In this document: piece by piece, positions 9,783 to 19,394 of the stretch
Layout: each line of letters opens with the position of its first letter
How positions within the stretch are numbered: position 1 is the stretch's first letter
From: an uncultured delta proteobacterium
GTDB lineage: Bacteria; Desulfobacterota; Binatia; Binatales; Binataceae
Assembly (NCBI GenBank): GCA_963765675.1
Contig: CAVXXK010000001.1
Location: 256,001 to 320,000 of the forward strand
Direction of reading: 5' to 3'
Length of the DNA: 64,000 nucleotides
Position numbers and translations under genes: made by a program
Notes under the pieces: generated by a model
The model's database searches: none
Told to the model about the DNA's origin: nothing
The model's input: only the letters and a program-made list of their open reading frames with translations

Positions 9783-11057
9783 ATGGCCGCAACCAAGCTT
9801 CGCTTCGGCGCGTTTATCGCGCCCTTCCATCCCCTTAACGAAAACCCCACGCTCGCGATCGAGCGCGATTTGGAGCTCGTGCAGTGGATGGACCGGCTGT
9901 CCTACGACGAAGCCTGGATCGGCGAGCATCACTCCGCCGGCTACGAGCTGATCGCGAGCCCCGAAATTTTCATCGCAACCGCCGCCGAGCGCACCCGCAA
10001 TATCCGCCTCGGCACCGGCGTGTCGTCGCTGCCGTATCATCATCCGCTGATGCTCGCGGACCGGATTAACCAGCTCGATCATATTACCCGCGGACGCGCG
10101 ATGTTCGGAGTCGGACCGGGCGCGTTGCCATCTGACGCCGCGATGATGGGAATCGAGGTCGCCAAGCAGCGCGACATGATGGACCAGGCGCTCGAGGTGC
10201 TGGTGCCATTGCTGCGCGGCGAAACCGTCACGAAGAAAACCGACTGGTTCACGCTGAAAGACGCGCGCCTCCAGATGACGCCATACTCGCGCCCCTCGGT
10301 CGAGGTCGCCGTCGCAAGCCAGGTCTCACCGACCGGATCGCGCGCTGCAGGCAAACATGGCGTCGGACTTCTCTCGCTCGGCGCAACTTCGGCGGGCGGG
10401 TTCAACGCGCTCTCGTCCAACTGGGCCATCGCCGAAGAAATGGCGCGCGACAACGGGACCGTGATGGATCGCGCGCGATGGCGTCTCGTGGGACCGGTGC
10501 ATGTCGCTGAGACGCGCGAGCAGGCACGCGCCAACGTCCGCTTCGGACTCGAGAAGTGGCTGTTCTATTTCCGCGAGGTCGCCGCGCTTCCGGTCGCGCC
10601 TGACGATGGTTCCGATCCGGTCGATGCGTTGATCGCTTCGGGGCTCGCTGTCGTCGGAACGCCCGACGATTGTATCGCGCAGATCGAGCGGCTCCAGAAG
10701 CAGTCGGGAGGCTTCGGCTGCTTTCTTCAGCTCGCGCACAACTGGGCGAACTGGGAAGCGACCAAACACTCCTACGAATTGATCGCGCGCTACGTGATGC
10801 CGAAGTTCCAGGATTTGAACCTCAATCGCGAGACTTCGCTCAACTGGGCGAAACAAAATCGCGAGAGCTTCATCGGCGCCGCGACCGCCGCCGTCGCTTC
10901 TCGCATCGCCCAGCACATTTCAGAAAAGGGTTCGGAAAATATCCGCCCCGAGATTCTCGAATCGATGGGGATGACGAAAAGCGCGGACGGTCACCCGGAC
11001 GCGCCGTCGGTCTTGTCCGCGATTTCTCCGCTGCCGGGCAAAGCGAACGGAAGATGA
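9783..11057 (+). CDS. LLM-class flavin-dependent monooxygenase (limonene 1,2-monooxygenase-like)
   Basis: RFGAFIAPFH, AWIGEHHS, GVGPGALPSDA motifs of luciferase-like monooxygenases. Confidence 0.88.
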   Translation: MAATKLRFGAFIAPFHPLNENPTLAIERDLELVQWMDRLSYDEAWIGEHHSAGYELIASPEIFIATAAERTRNIRLGTGVSSLPYHHPLMLADRINQLDHITRGRAMFGVGPGALPSDAAMMGIEVAKQRDMMDQALEVLVPLLRGETVTKKTDWFTLKDARLQMTPYSRPSVEVAVASQVSPTGSRAAGKHGVGLLSLGATSAGGFNALSSNWAIAEEMARDNGTVMDRARWRLVGPVHVAETREQARANVRFGLEKWLFYFREVAALPVAPDDGSDPVDALIASGLAVVGTPDDCIAQIERLQKQSGGFGCFLQLAHNWANWEATKHSYELIARYVMPKFQDLNLNRETSLNWAKQNRESFIGAATAAVASRIAQHISEKGSENIRPEILESMGMTKSADGHPDAPSVLSAISPLPGKANGR

Positions 11058-11174
11058 ATCGCGGAACGATCGCGCCGCTTGAATAGTTGCCACGCTCTGC
11101 CTTAAGAGACAATTGGCCGTCATCAGCCTGCGCGGACTGGGCGCTGAACTACGGCATCAACAGGAGGAATTTTC

Positions 11175-12473
11175 ATGAGCTGGGATTTTGAAACGGAACC
11201 GGAGTTCCAAAAGGAACTCGACTGGATCGATAAATTCGTGCGCGAAGAAGTCGAGCCGCTCGACTACGTGCTGGGCCATCCGTATGACGTGAAAGACCCA
11301 AAGCGCAACGCTCTCGTGCGCCCGCTCCAGGCCGAGGTCCGCAAGCGCAAGCTCTGGGCCTGCCATCTGGGCCCCGACCTCGGCGGACCGGGTTACGGCC
11401 AAATCAAGCTCGCGCTGATGAACGAGATTCTCGGCCGCTCACGCTTCGCTCCGATCGTGTTCGGATGCCAGGCGCCCGACTCCGGCAACGCCGAGATTCT
11501 CGCGCATTACGGCACCCCCGATCAGAAGAAGCGTTTTCTCCAGCCGCTGCTCGACAATGAAATTGTTTCTGCATTCTCGATGACCGAGCCGCAGGGCGGC
11601 GCCGATCCCAAGGTCTTCACCACCAAGGCCGAGCTGCGCGGCGACAACTGGGTGATCAACGGTGAGAAGTGGTTCTCGTCGAACGCGCATCTGGCTTCGT
11701 TTCTGATCGTGATGGCGGTGACGGACCCCGACGCCAAAGAATACAACCGGATGTCGATGTTCATCGTGCCGAAAGAGACGGCCGGAGTGAAAATTCTGCG
11801 AAACATGGGCGTCGGCATGCACGAGGCCGAGGGCAGCCACGCCTATATCCGCTATGAAGACGTGACCGTTCCCAAGGATCACATGCTCGGACCCCGCGGC
11901 GGCGCGTTCGTCGTCGCGCAGACTCGTCTGGGCGGCGGCAGGATTCATCATGCGATGCGCACGATCGGGCAGGTGCGCAAGGCGTTCGACATGATGTGCG
12001 AGCGGGTGCTTTCGCGCACCACGCAAGGCTCGCGGCTGGCCGACAAGCAGATGGTGCAGGAAAAAATTGCCGACTCGTGGATGGAGATCGAGCAGTTCCG
12101 GCTATTGGTGCTGCGCACCGCGTGGAAGATCGATCGCTACAAAGATTATCTGAAGGTGCGCAAGGATATCGCCGCCGTGAAAGCCCTGATGCCGAAAGTT
12201 TTTCACGATGTCGCCGCCCGCGCGCTGCATCTGCACGGCTCGCTCGGCGCGACCGGCGAGATGCCGTTCGTCGAGCAGGTCATCCAGAGCTTCCACATGG
12301 GTCTCGCCGATGGACCGACCGAGGTCCACAAGGTGACGGTCGCGCGCCAGGTGCTGCGCGAATACAAAGCCACCACCGGACTTTTCCCGAGCCAGCATAT
12401 TCCGAAGCTGCGCGAAGCCGCGATCAAAAAGTACGCGGACCGTATCGAACACGAGGTTCGCGCCCAGTCATGA
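11175..12473 (+). CDS. Acyl-CoA dehydrogenase (ACAD10/11-like subfamily)
   Basis: CQAPDSGN, FSMTEP, RLGGGRIHH, ADGPTEVH motifs. Confidence 0.93.
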   Translation: MSWDFETEPEFQKELDWIDKFVREEVEPLDYVLGHPYDVKDPKRNALVRPLQAEVRKRKLWACHLGPDLGGPGYGQIKLALMNEILGRSRFAPIVFGCQAPDSGNAEILAHYGTPDQKKRFLQPLLDNEIVSAFSMTEPQGGADPKVFTTKAELRGDNWVINGEKWFSSNAHLASFLIVMAVTDPDAKEYNRMSMFIVPKETAGVKILRNMGVGMHEAEGSHAYIRYEDVTVPKDHMLGPRGGAFVVAQTRLGGGRIHHAMRTIGQVRKAFDMMCERVLSRTTQGSRLADKQMVQEKIADSWMEIEQFRLLVLRTAWKIDRYKDYLKVRKDIAAVKALMPKVFHDVAARALHLHGSLGATGEMPFVEQVIQSFHMGLADGPTEVHKVTVARQVLREYKATTGLFPSQHIPKLREAAIKKYADRIEHEVRAQS

Positions 12474-12503
12474 TAGCGGGCGCGCGATAAATCAGCACGG
12501 GAG

Positions 12504-13410
12504 ATGCCAGTGGCTTACGAACAGATTCTCTACGACGTCAAGGACAATATCCTGACGATCACACTGAACCGGCCCGAGAAGTTGAACGCGTTTACCGGCG
12601 TGATGATGACCGAAATGATCGACGCGTTCGATCGCGCCGACAAGGATGACGAGATTCGCGCGATTATCGTGACCGGCGCCGGACGCGCGTTTTGCGCCGG
12701 CGCCGATCTTTCATCGGGTCCAGATACCTTCAACTCTTCGCGCTCTGATCGCCCCGAGCGCAAGAGCGCAATCCGCGCCGACGGCTCGATCGATTGGACC
12801 AATGACGCGACTCGCGACGGTGGCGGACGTCTGACACTACGAATCTTCGAATGCCTGAAACCAGTCATCGCGGCCGTCAACGGACCGGCGGTCGGTGTCG
12901 GCGTTACGATGCAACTGGCGATGGACGTGCGGATCGCGTCGGAAAACGCGCGCTTTGGGTTCGTTTTCTCGCGCCGCGGAATAGTTCCCGAGGCCTGCTC
13001 GAGCTGGTTTCTGCCGCGGATCGTCGGAATTTCGCAGGCGCTGGAATGGGCATTTTCTGGCCGGGTCTTTTCCGCAAAAGAGGCGCTCGAGGGGCGGCTT
13101 GGTCAGCAAAATCTACCCGCCGAGCGAACTTGTTCCGGCCGCGCGCGCCCTCGCCCGCGAGATCGCCGACAACACCTCGCAGGTCTCGGTCGCACTGATT
13201 CGTCACATGATGTGGAAGATGCTGGGCGCGGACCATCCGATGGAGGCGCACAAGGTCGATAGCAAGGGAATCTTCGTGCGCGGCGCGTCCGCCGATGTCA
13301 GAGAAGGTGTGGCTTCGTTTCTCGAGAAGCGACCGGCCAAATTTCCGGAGAAAGTCTCGAAGGACATGCCGTCGTATTTTCCCTGGTCGCCGCCCCGAAA
13401 ATACAGCTAA
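12504..13410 (+). CDS. Enoyl-CoA hydratase/crotonase, frameshifted at the G-run 13091-13094
   Basis: ORFs 12504-13262 and 13099-13410 join into one crotonase (EALEGGLVSKIYP) if one G is removed. Confidence 0.88.
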
Positions 13411-13473
13411 TGGGGCCTTAACGCGCGCCGAACCTGGGCCCTGAAGCCAGCCGGCGCGCGACAATCCTCAAGC

Positions 13474-13872
13474 TTACGCTACGCTCTCACCGCGCATCGC
13501 GGGAGTGATGCGCGCTGAAGATGCTGCTCTGTGCGCCGAACGGATTCGCCCATGCTGGCGCCTCAGGCCGACGCGCAATGAGTCGGGCTCGATATCCAGG
13601 TTCTCGCACACGCTGACGAAGCTGAATGGACCGCGATCTTTTACCGAAAAGATCCAGTCGTGAGCCTCAACGTACTGGATTCGCTTGAGCGCCGTCCGGT
13701 CGTTGCAATTATCCAGGTAGCACCGGACCGCGTCCTCGAGGATCGCGAACAGGAGGTTGCGCTCGCCTTCAAACCGATGGTCACGGCGAGCGCTATGGAA
13801 CTGCTCGGGCAGAATCGAAGCTCCGGAGAAAACGCTTGGCGATTCGTCTGAGGGATTAAGTGCTGCCTTCAT
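13474..13872 (-). CDS. Conserved-looking hypothetical protein (PEQF...GERNLLFAILEDA...W...PFSF..VC..L type)
   Basis: Compact helical ORF of 132 aa with a sigma54-type site upstream. Confidence 0.75.
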   Translation of the reverse strand: MKAALNPSDESPSVFSGASILPEQFHSARRDHRFEGERNLLFAILEDAVRCYLDNCNDRTALKRIQYVEAHDWIFSVKDRGPFSFVSVCENLDIEPDSLRVGLRRQHGRIRSAHRAASSARITPAMRGESVA

Positions 13873-13918
13873 GCTCTTGGTACTCCGGTGTTTGGTTACG
13901 TTGGGTTCGGGTTACAAC

Positions 13919-13934
13919 GCAAAGTTGATACCAA
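13919..13934 (-). promoter_or_regulatory. Putative sigma54 promoter
   Basis: Minus strand TTGGTATC-AACT-TTGC (GG-N10-GC), about 47 bp upstream of the ATG at 13872. Confidence 0.6.
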
Positions 13935-14229
13935 CGTAAAGTCCTTCATCTTCGTGGCACGCAGGCGATCTTGAGAGAGAAAATTCTACACGGTCATCAA
14001 TCCCGAAAATCGAACTAACGCATCTGCCAGGCGAGCCTTAGTATCTCTCCGGCTGGCGATAGTGCATACGGCCGAGAGGGCCGTATCGGTTCTCTAGAGC
14101 ACGGTTATGTGGGGAACGGATGAAAAATTTATGATGGTCCGAAAAAGGCTATGGTTCGCACCTCAGCATCGCCGCGTCGCGGTTTATCCGCGTGAAGTGG
14201 TACCATCGATGCTCGGGATCGTAGGCGAC

Positions 14230-15570
14230 TCACCCTTGCGATCGAGCTGACCGCGACGGCAGCGTCAAGGCGAGCGCGCCCGCAATTCCCACCGAGAGCG
14301 CCAACACCGCGAGGCCGCTCTTGAAACTGTGCGTCGAACCTTTCATCAGGCCGACCACGTACGGGCCGAAGAAGCCACCCAGGTTTCCTAGCGAGTTGAT
14401 TAGCGCGATTGCTCCTGCCGCCGCAGTGCCGCCCAGGAACTCGGGCGGTATTGCCCAGAAGGGACCGCACGCGCTGAAGATTCCAGCGGCGCCAAGCGCG
14501 ATCGCCGCGAGCTCAACGGCAGGCACGCGCGTGATTGCCGAGAGAATAAATCCGCATGCGCCCGCGAACGCGCATATCGCCAGCACGCGCCGGCGATCTC
14601 CGCCGCGGCTCGAAATTGCGTCGGAGATCGCTGCGACCCAAACCATCGCAAACGCGGCGACGATAAAGGGAATCGCCGTGATTAGTCCGATCACGAAATC
14701 GCTGCTGGCGCGAAACCCCTGCACGATTTGCGGCAGCCAGAAACTCACGCCGTAAAGTCCGAACACAATTCCGAAATAGATCAACGCCAGCAGCCACACT
14801 CGCGCATCCTTCAATCCGTCGGCGAGACGATACTCGGATCGCGCTGCGACGCTCTGCTCGCGCGCATTCATCTCCAGCAGCGCATTGCGTTCGTCTTCGG
14901 AAAGCCAGTCGGCGTCCTCCGGTCCGTCGGGCAGCCGGAATGCCACCGCGATTCCGAGCACGATCGCAGGCGCGCCTTCAAGCAGGAACAGCCATTGCCA
15001 TCCTGCGATGCCGAGCGTGTCGTGCATCATCAGCAGTGCTCCAGACACCGGACCGGCAACGATCCCCGCCACAGCGGCGGCGGTCATAAACAAAGCCACC
15101 GCACGCGCCCGCTGCCCCGCGGGGAACCATCGCGTCAGGTACAGAATCACGCCGGGAAAAAATCCGGCTTCCGCCGCGCCGAGCGTGAAGCGCAAGGCGC
15201 AGAAGCTCGCGGGGCCGCGCACCGCCGTCATCGCAATCGCGACTGCGCCCCAGGTGAGCATGATCCGCGCGATCCATCGCCGCGCGCCGACTCTCTCAAG
15301 AATCAGGTTGCTCGGAATTTCAAAGATGAAATATCCGGCGAAGAATAAGCCCGCGCCAAAGCCGAAGACCGCATCGCTCAGTCCGAGCGCGCGATTCATC
15401 TGCAGCGCCGCGAACCCGACGTTGATTCGATCCAGGTAGGCAACGATGTAGAGCACGAACAGAAACGGCAGCAGCCGGCGCCTGACCTTCGCGAGCGCGG
15501 CAGCCTCGAGCGCGGCCGCGGCTTCCGTGATCGCGCTTGGGTTTGAAATCTCGTCGCCGGGAATTCTCAC
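14230..15570 (-). CDS. MFS transporter, anion:cation symporter family (tartrate/hydroxyphenylacetate-like)
   Basis: AYLDRINVGFA, FEIPSN, GAAEAGFFPG, GWQWLFLLEG motifs; GTG start with AGGAG RBS. Confidence 0.9.
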   Translation of the reverse strand: MRIPGDEISNPSAITEAAAALEAAALAKVRRRLLPFLFVLYIVAYLDRINVGFAALQMNRALGLSDAVFGFGAGLFFAGYFIFEIPSNLILERVGARRWIARIMLTWGAVAIAMTAVRGPASFCALRFTLGAAEAGFFPGVILYLTRWFPAGQRARAVALFMTAAAVAGIVAGPVSGALLMMHDTLGIAGWQWLFLLEGAPAIVLGIAVAFRLPDGPEDADWLSEDERNALLEMNAREQSVAARSEYRLADGLKDARVWLLALIYFGIVFGLYGVSFWLPQIVQGFRASSDFVIGLITAIPFIVAAFAMVWVAAISDAISSRGGDRRRVLAICAFAGACGFILSAITRVPAVELAAIALGAAGIFSACGPFWAIPPEFLGGTAAAGAIALINSLGNLGGFFGPYVVGLMKGSTHSFKSGLAVLALSVGIAGALALTLPSRSARSQG

Positions 15571-15610
15571 CCGCCTTCTCCTAGCAGGAGAGCTTCGCAT
15601 AACCAATCGG

Positions 15611-15830
15611 AGGAGTGTGCCCGTGCGCGAGGGCGAGATTCCTCGCGGCATCTGCCGGGCACATTGCGCACACGAATCGTACGCGCTGCCTGCTCGCGCT
15701 CGGAATGACACGAAGCCGGAGAAAATTGTCATTCCGAGCGCGCACGGGTAATGCGTATGGCGGCGTGCGTAATACCTGGAGCGGCAGAAGTCGCGAGGAA
15801 TCTCGCCCTTGCGCATTGGCACACTCTCCT
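15611..15830. repeat. ~220-bp imperfect inverted repeat (REPIN/MITE-like, GTCATTCCGAGCG...GAGGAATCTC type)
   Basis: Arms of about 100 bp: GGGCGAGATTCCTCGCG/CGCGAGGAATCTCGCCC and CGCGCTCGGAATGACA/TGTCATTCCGAGCGCG. Confidence 0.85.
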
Positions 15831-15978
15831 GTCCCGGAGGAGCTACTCGACATTCTTCCACCAGGCGCGTCCGCTCTCGCCAATCATGGCCGCGGGTTTT
15901 CGTTTATCGCGCGCGGTCGGGTAGTCTCGAAGCGCGGATGCGATGCGTTCGCGAAACGAACCCAAGGGAGAACAGGAC

Positions 15979-16674
15979 GTGGCTTCAGATCAGGTGGTGT
16001 TTTTGCTCGATGTCGACAACACGCTGCTCGATAACGATGGGGTGGTCGCGGACCTGATGCGCCATCTGGAGAAAGACGTCGGCCCCGAGCAGCAGAAGCG
16101 TTACTGGACCTACTTCGAGCAGCTCCGCACGGAGCTCGGATACGCCGACTACCTGGGCGCGCTGCAGCTCTACCGGATTCACTATCCACGCGATTTCCGG
16201 ATTTTTTCAGTCTCGCTGTTCCTGGTTGACTACCCGTTCGCCAACCGGTTGTTTCCTAACTCGCTCGACGTGATCGAGCACGTGAAACAATTCGGCCGCA
16301 CCGTGGTTCTGTCCGACGGCGACGTCGTGTTTCAGCCGCACAAGATTCAGCGCTCGGGACTCCACGACGCTGTCGACGGCGAGGTGCTGATCTATATTCA
16401 CAAAGAACAGGAGCTCGACGACATCACGGCGCGCCTGCCCGCCGCGCATTACGTGATAATCGATGACAAGGTACGGATTCTGGCCGCATTGAAGAAGGCG
16501 TGGGGATCGAAGGTGACGACTGTATTCCCGCGCCAGGGCCATTACGCCGCCGACGCGGCGGAGGTCGCGAAATATCCCGCGCCCGATATTACGATCGCGC
16601 GGATCGGCGACCTGCTCAACTACGATCTGGAGACGATCAGAAAAGCCGCGGTCGCCGGTTCAGCGCAAACCTGA
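15979..16674 (+). CDS. HAD-superfamily hydrolase
   Basis: DVDNTLLD motif I, LSDG, IDDK. Confidence 0.88.
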   Translation: MASDQVVFLLDVDNTLLDNDGVVADLMRHLEKDVGPEQQKRYWTYFEQLRTELGYADYLGALQLYRIHYPRDFRIFSVSLFLVDYPFANRLFPNSLDVIEHVKQFGRTVVLSDGDVVFQPHKIQRSGLHDAVDGEVLIYIHKEQELDDITARLPAAHYVIIDDKVRILAALKKAWGSKVTTVFPRQGHYAADAAEVAKYPAPDITIARIGDLLNYDLETIRKAAVAGSAQT

Positions 16675-17079
16675 GTCCCGTTGGCGGCTGACCGCTTCGG
16701 CCTGACCCAGCGCCTGCGGCAGAATCAGCCGGACGCGTTTGGCTTCGCTTTCGAGCGCCGACAGCAGATCCTCCATCGCTTCCGGCGCCGCCGCCCGATC
16801 TCCGATCGACTCGAGTTCGCCGCAAATTCCGGCGAGGCGGCTCGCGCCGATAAGCGCCGAAGATCCCTTCATCCGATGCGCGGCGCGCGCGAGTTCGCTG
16901 AAATCCGGCACTTGCGCGAACGCGCGCAGCGCGACAATCCGCGCGGGTAATTCTTTGAAGAACATTTCCAACAGAACCGGAATTACGTCGTCGGTCGGAT
17001 CGGCGCTGATGTCCTTCAGATCTTCGATTACTTCGTGATCGAGACCGTCGTCACTAATCTGCATAACGTCACTCGGCAT
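16660..17079 (-). CDS. Stand-alone Hpt (histidine phosphotransfer) domain protein
   Basis: AAHRMKGSSALIGASRL motif. Confidence 0.88.
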   Translation of the reverse strand: MPSDVMQISDDGLDHEVIEDLKDISADPTDDVIPVLLEMFFKELPARIVALRAFAQVPDFSELARAAHRMKGSSALIGASRLAGICGELESIGDRAAAPEAMEDLLSALESEAKRVRLILPQALGQAEAVSRQRDSGLR

Positions 17080-17320
17080 AACACCCCTTTAGGCAGCACT
17101 TTCCGTGCCCAAATGAGGATCCCGCTGCGCCAACCGCAGGTCCCGAATTCGCACATCCGGATCGCGATCGCTATCGATCAGATTGTCGCAGTTTCAGTAG
17201 CGAGCAATGCCAATTTTGTGACACATCTTTGCGCCGCACGGTCTGAGGCAATCGTGGTCTTTACCTTGCCTCGGCAACTTTTGATTTTCTGCTGATGCCA
17301 TCGATCGCGCGGCACGCCTG

Positions 17321-18190
17321 TTGCGTTTGGAAGTGGTGGCGCAGCTTTCTCCCTCGGATCGCGCGCAAAGCGAGGCGCACGTGATCAACAATCTCGGAGC
17401 CGTGCTCAGCGGCAAACGGTTCGCGCTGATCGGGTTCGATGCGGAAGAAAGTGGCACTATAGTGTCGGTTTTGGCCGCGATGCACGCATTCGGGCAGCCG
17501 GTTACGGGAGGCGCGACGATCCCCGGCCTCAATCCTTTCGCGCGTTTTGACGGCTGCATCATCGACGCGGGCGTGGGCGCGAACAACTCCACCGCGCCCG
17601 AAGAAACCATCGCGAGAATCCATAAACCCGCGCTGCTAATCGGCAGCGGCGAGCAGATGATGAAGCATGCGCTCGCGGTCGCCGACAACCGCCACGACTT
17701 CCTGGTGCGGCCGTATGAAACCGAGGAGTTGCTGCTGCGCGTGTTCCGGATCGTGCGCAATGCCGGCACCGAAAACGACGTGGTCCGTCCGACGCAGCGC
17801 TCCGCCGGCAGGCGGGTGCTGGTCGCCGACGACGATCAGGCGGCGACGATCCTGATCTCGACCGTGCTGCGCCACGCGGGTTTTATCTGCGAGTTCGCGC
17901 GCGACGGCCGGAGCGCGCTGAAACTCGCGCGCGAGTCGGTTCCCGATCTTCTTCTGCTCGACGTTGGCCTGCCGGAGATGGACGGATTCGCGGTGCTGAG
18001 CGCGGTGCGCAACGATCCGGCAATCTGCAAGCTGCCGATAATCGTGGTCACCGGCCGCAACAACGAGGACGACATCGTCAAGGGATTCGCGCTCGGCGCC
18101 GACGATTACATCACCAAACCCTTCATCTCGGGCGAGATGACCTCGCGGGTGAATCGCGCGCTGCGCCGCGAACACCCGGCAGGCGATTGA
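17321..18190 (+). CDS. Response regulator (degenerate receiver plus intact receiver, no output domain)
   Basis: C-terminal VADDD...LLDVGLPEMDG...VT...ADDYITKPF; N-terminal region has the receiver-like DFLVRPY. Confidence 0.85.
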   Translation: MRLEVVAQLSPSDRAQSEAHVINNLGAVLSGKRFALIGFDAEESGTIVSVLAAMHAFGQPVTGGATIPGLNPFARFDGCIIDAGVGANNSTAPEETIARIHKPALLIGSGEQMMKHALAVADNRHDFLVRPYETEELLLRVFRIVRNAGTENDVVRPTQRSAGRRVLVADDDQAATILISTVLRHAGFICEFARDGRSALKLARESVPDLLLLDVGLPEMDGFAVLSAVRNDPAICKLPIIVVTGRNNEDDIVKGFALGADDYITKPFISGEMTSRVNRALRREHPAGD

Positions 18191-18253
18191 TCGCCTGATC
18201 CGCGGCTGCACAACCAGTTGTCATCGGACGATGCGGTGTCCTACTGTTGCCGC

Positions 18254-19024
18254 GTGTTTCGACTCGATGGAAAAACCGCAATCGTAACCGGCGCGGGCTC
18301 TGGAATCGGACGCGCGATCGCGATCACTTTTGCTGCGCAGGGCGCGCGCGTATTTATTCTCGAACGCGAACGCGACAGCGCAGCGGCGGTCGCGGCGGAA
18401 ATTGCCGCGGCGGGCGGCGCCGCAGTGCCGATCGAATGCGACGTCACCAGCGCCGCCTCGGTCGCGGCCGCATTCGCGAGCGTCGATCGCGAGGCGCCAC
18501 GGCTCGATATCCTGATAAACAATGCCGGCATCGCGCACGTCGGCAATGTCGAAAATACCGCGGAGGCCGACCTCGATCGCGTGTACGCGGTCAACGTCAA
18601 AGGGGTCTATCTGTGCGCGCAAGCGGCGGTCACGCGAATGCGCAAGGCGCACGCCGGTGTGATCCTGAACCTCGCGTCGATCGCCTCGCTCATCGGTCTC
18701 ACCGACCGCTTCGCCTACTCGATGAGCAAGGGCGCGGTGCTGACGATGACCCGCTCGATCGCGGTGGATTACATCCGCGACGGAATCCGATGCAACTGCG
18801 TGTGTCCGGCGCGCGTGCACACACCGTTCGTCGATGGATTCCTCAAGGCCAGCTATCCCGGACGCGAGGCCGAGATGTTCGCGCAGCTCTCCGCCTATCA
18901 ACCGATCGGCAGGATGGGCACGCCCGAGGAAGTCGCTGCGCTCGCACTCTACCTGTGCTCGGACGAGGCGTCGTTCATAACCGGACAGGCCTATCCGATC
19001 GACGGCGGAGTGCTGGTGTTCTGA
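18254..19024 (+). CDS. SDR, probable 2-keto-3-deoxy-L-fuconate dehydrogenase
   Basis: TGAGSGIG, NNAG, YSMSK, CPARVHTPFVDG; adjacent to a mutarotase and near a fuconate dehydratase. Confidence 0.8.
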   Translation: MFRLDGKTAIVTGAGSGIGRAIAITFAAQGARVFILERERDSAAAVAAEIAAAGGAAVPIECDVTSAASVAAAFASVDREAPRLDILINNAGIAHVGNVENTAEADLDRVYAVNVKGVYLCAQAAVTRMRKAHAGVILNLASIASLIGLTDRFAYSMSKGAVLTMTRSIAVDYIRDGIRCNCVCPARVHTPFVDGFLKASYPGREAEMFAQLSAYQPIGRMGTPEEVAALALYLCSDEASFITGQAYPIDGGVLVF

Positions 19025-19044
19025 AAGCGCGCGCGGAAGCGGCG

Positions 19045-19392
19045 ATGAAGATTTACGGCCAGACGATCAATCTCAAACCCGGCGCCGAGATCGAGCGCCG
19101 CTACGTCGCGATGCATCGGGCGGCGTTCCCGGAGGTCGAGCGCGGACTCAAATCTATCGGAATCAGAAGGATGCTCATCTGGAAGCTCGGCCGCCAGCTT
19201 TTCATGATGATGGAAACCGAAGACGGCTTCGATCCTGATCGTGATTTCCCGCGCTACGAGCAAAGCCATCCGCGAATCAAGCAATGGCAGGATACGATGG
19301 CCGCGATGCAGGAGCCGGTCGCCGACGCTCCCGCCGGACAATGGTGGGCGCGGATGGAGCTGGTGTACGCGCTCGGCGACCGCCGCGACTAG
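19045..19392 (+). CDS. L-rhamnose/L-fucose mutarotase (RhaM-like)
   Basis: MKIYGQTINLK...YVAMH...PEV...LFMMME...WQ..M...WARMELVY; lies at the end of ORF 18247-19392. Confidence 0.85.
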   Translation: MKIYGQTINLKPGAEIERRYVAMHRAAFPEVERGLKSIGIRRMLIWKLGRQLFMMMETEDGFDPDRDFPRYEQSHPRIKQWQDTMAAMQEPVADAPAGQWWARMELVYALGDRRD

Positions 19393-19394
19393 AC

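Noticed and set aside
13085-13100. Programmed ribosomal frameshift in the crotonase
   Set aside because: No slippery heptamer or stimulatory structure. Several similar indels in the window favour sequencing error.
15571-15861. Long N-terminal extension of the MFS ORF
   Set aside because: It runs through the palindromic repeat. A GTG with AGGAG at 15570 is the better start.
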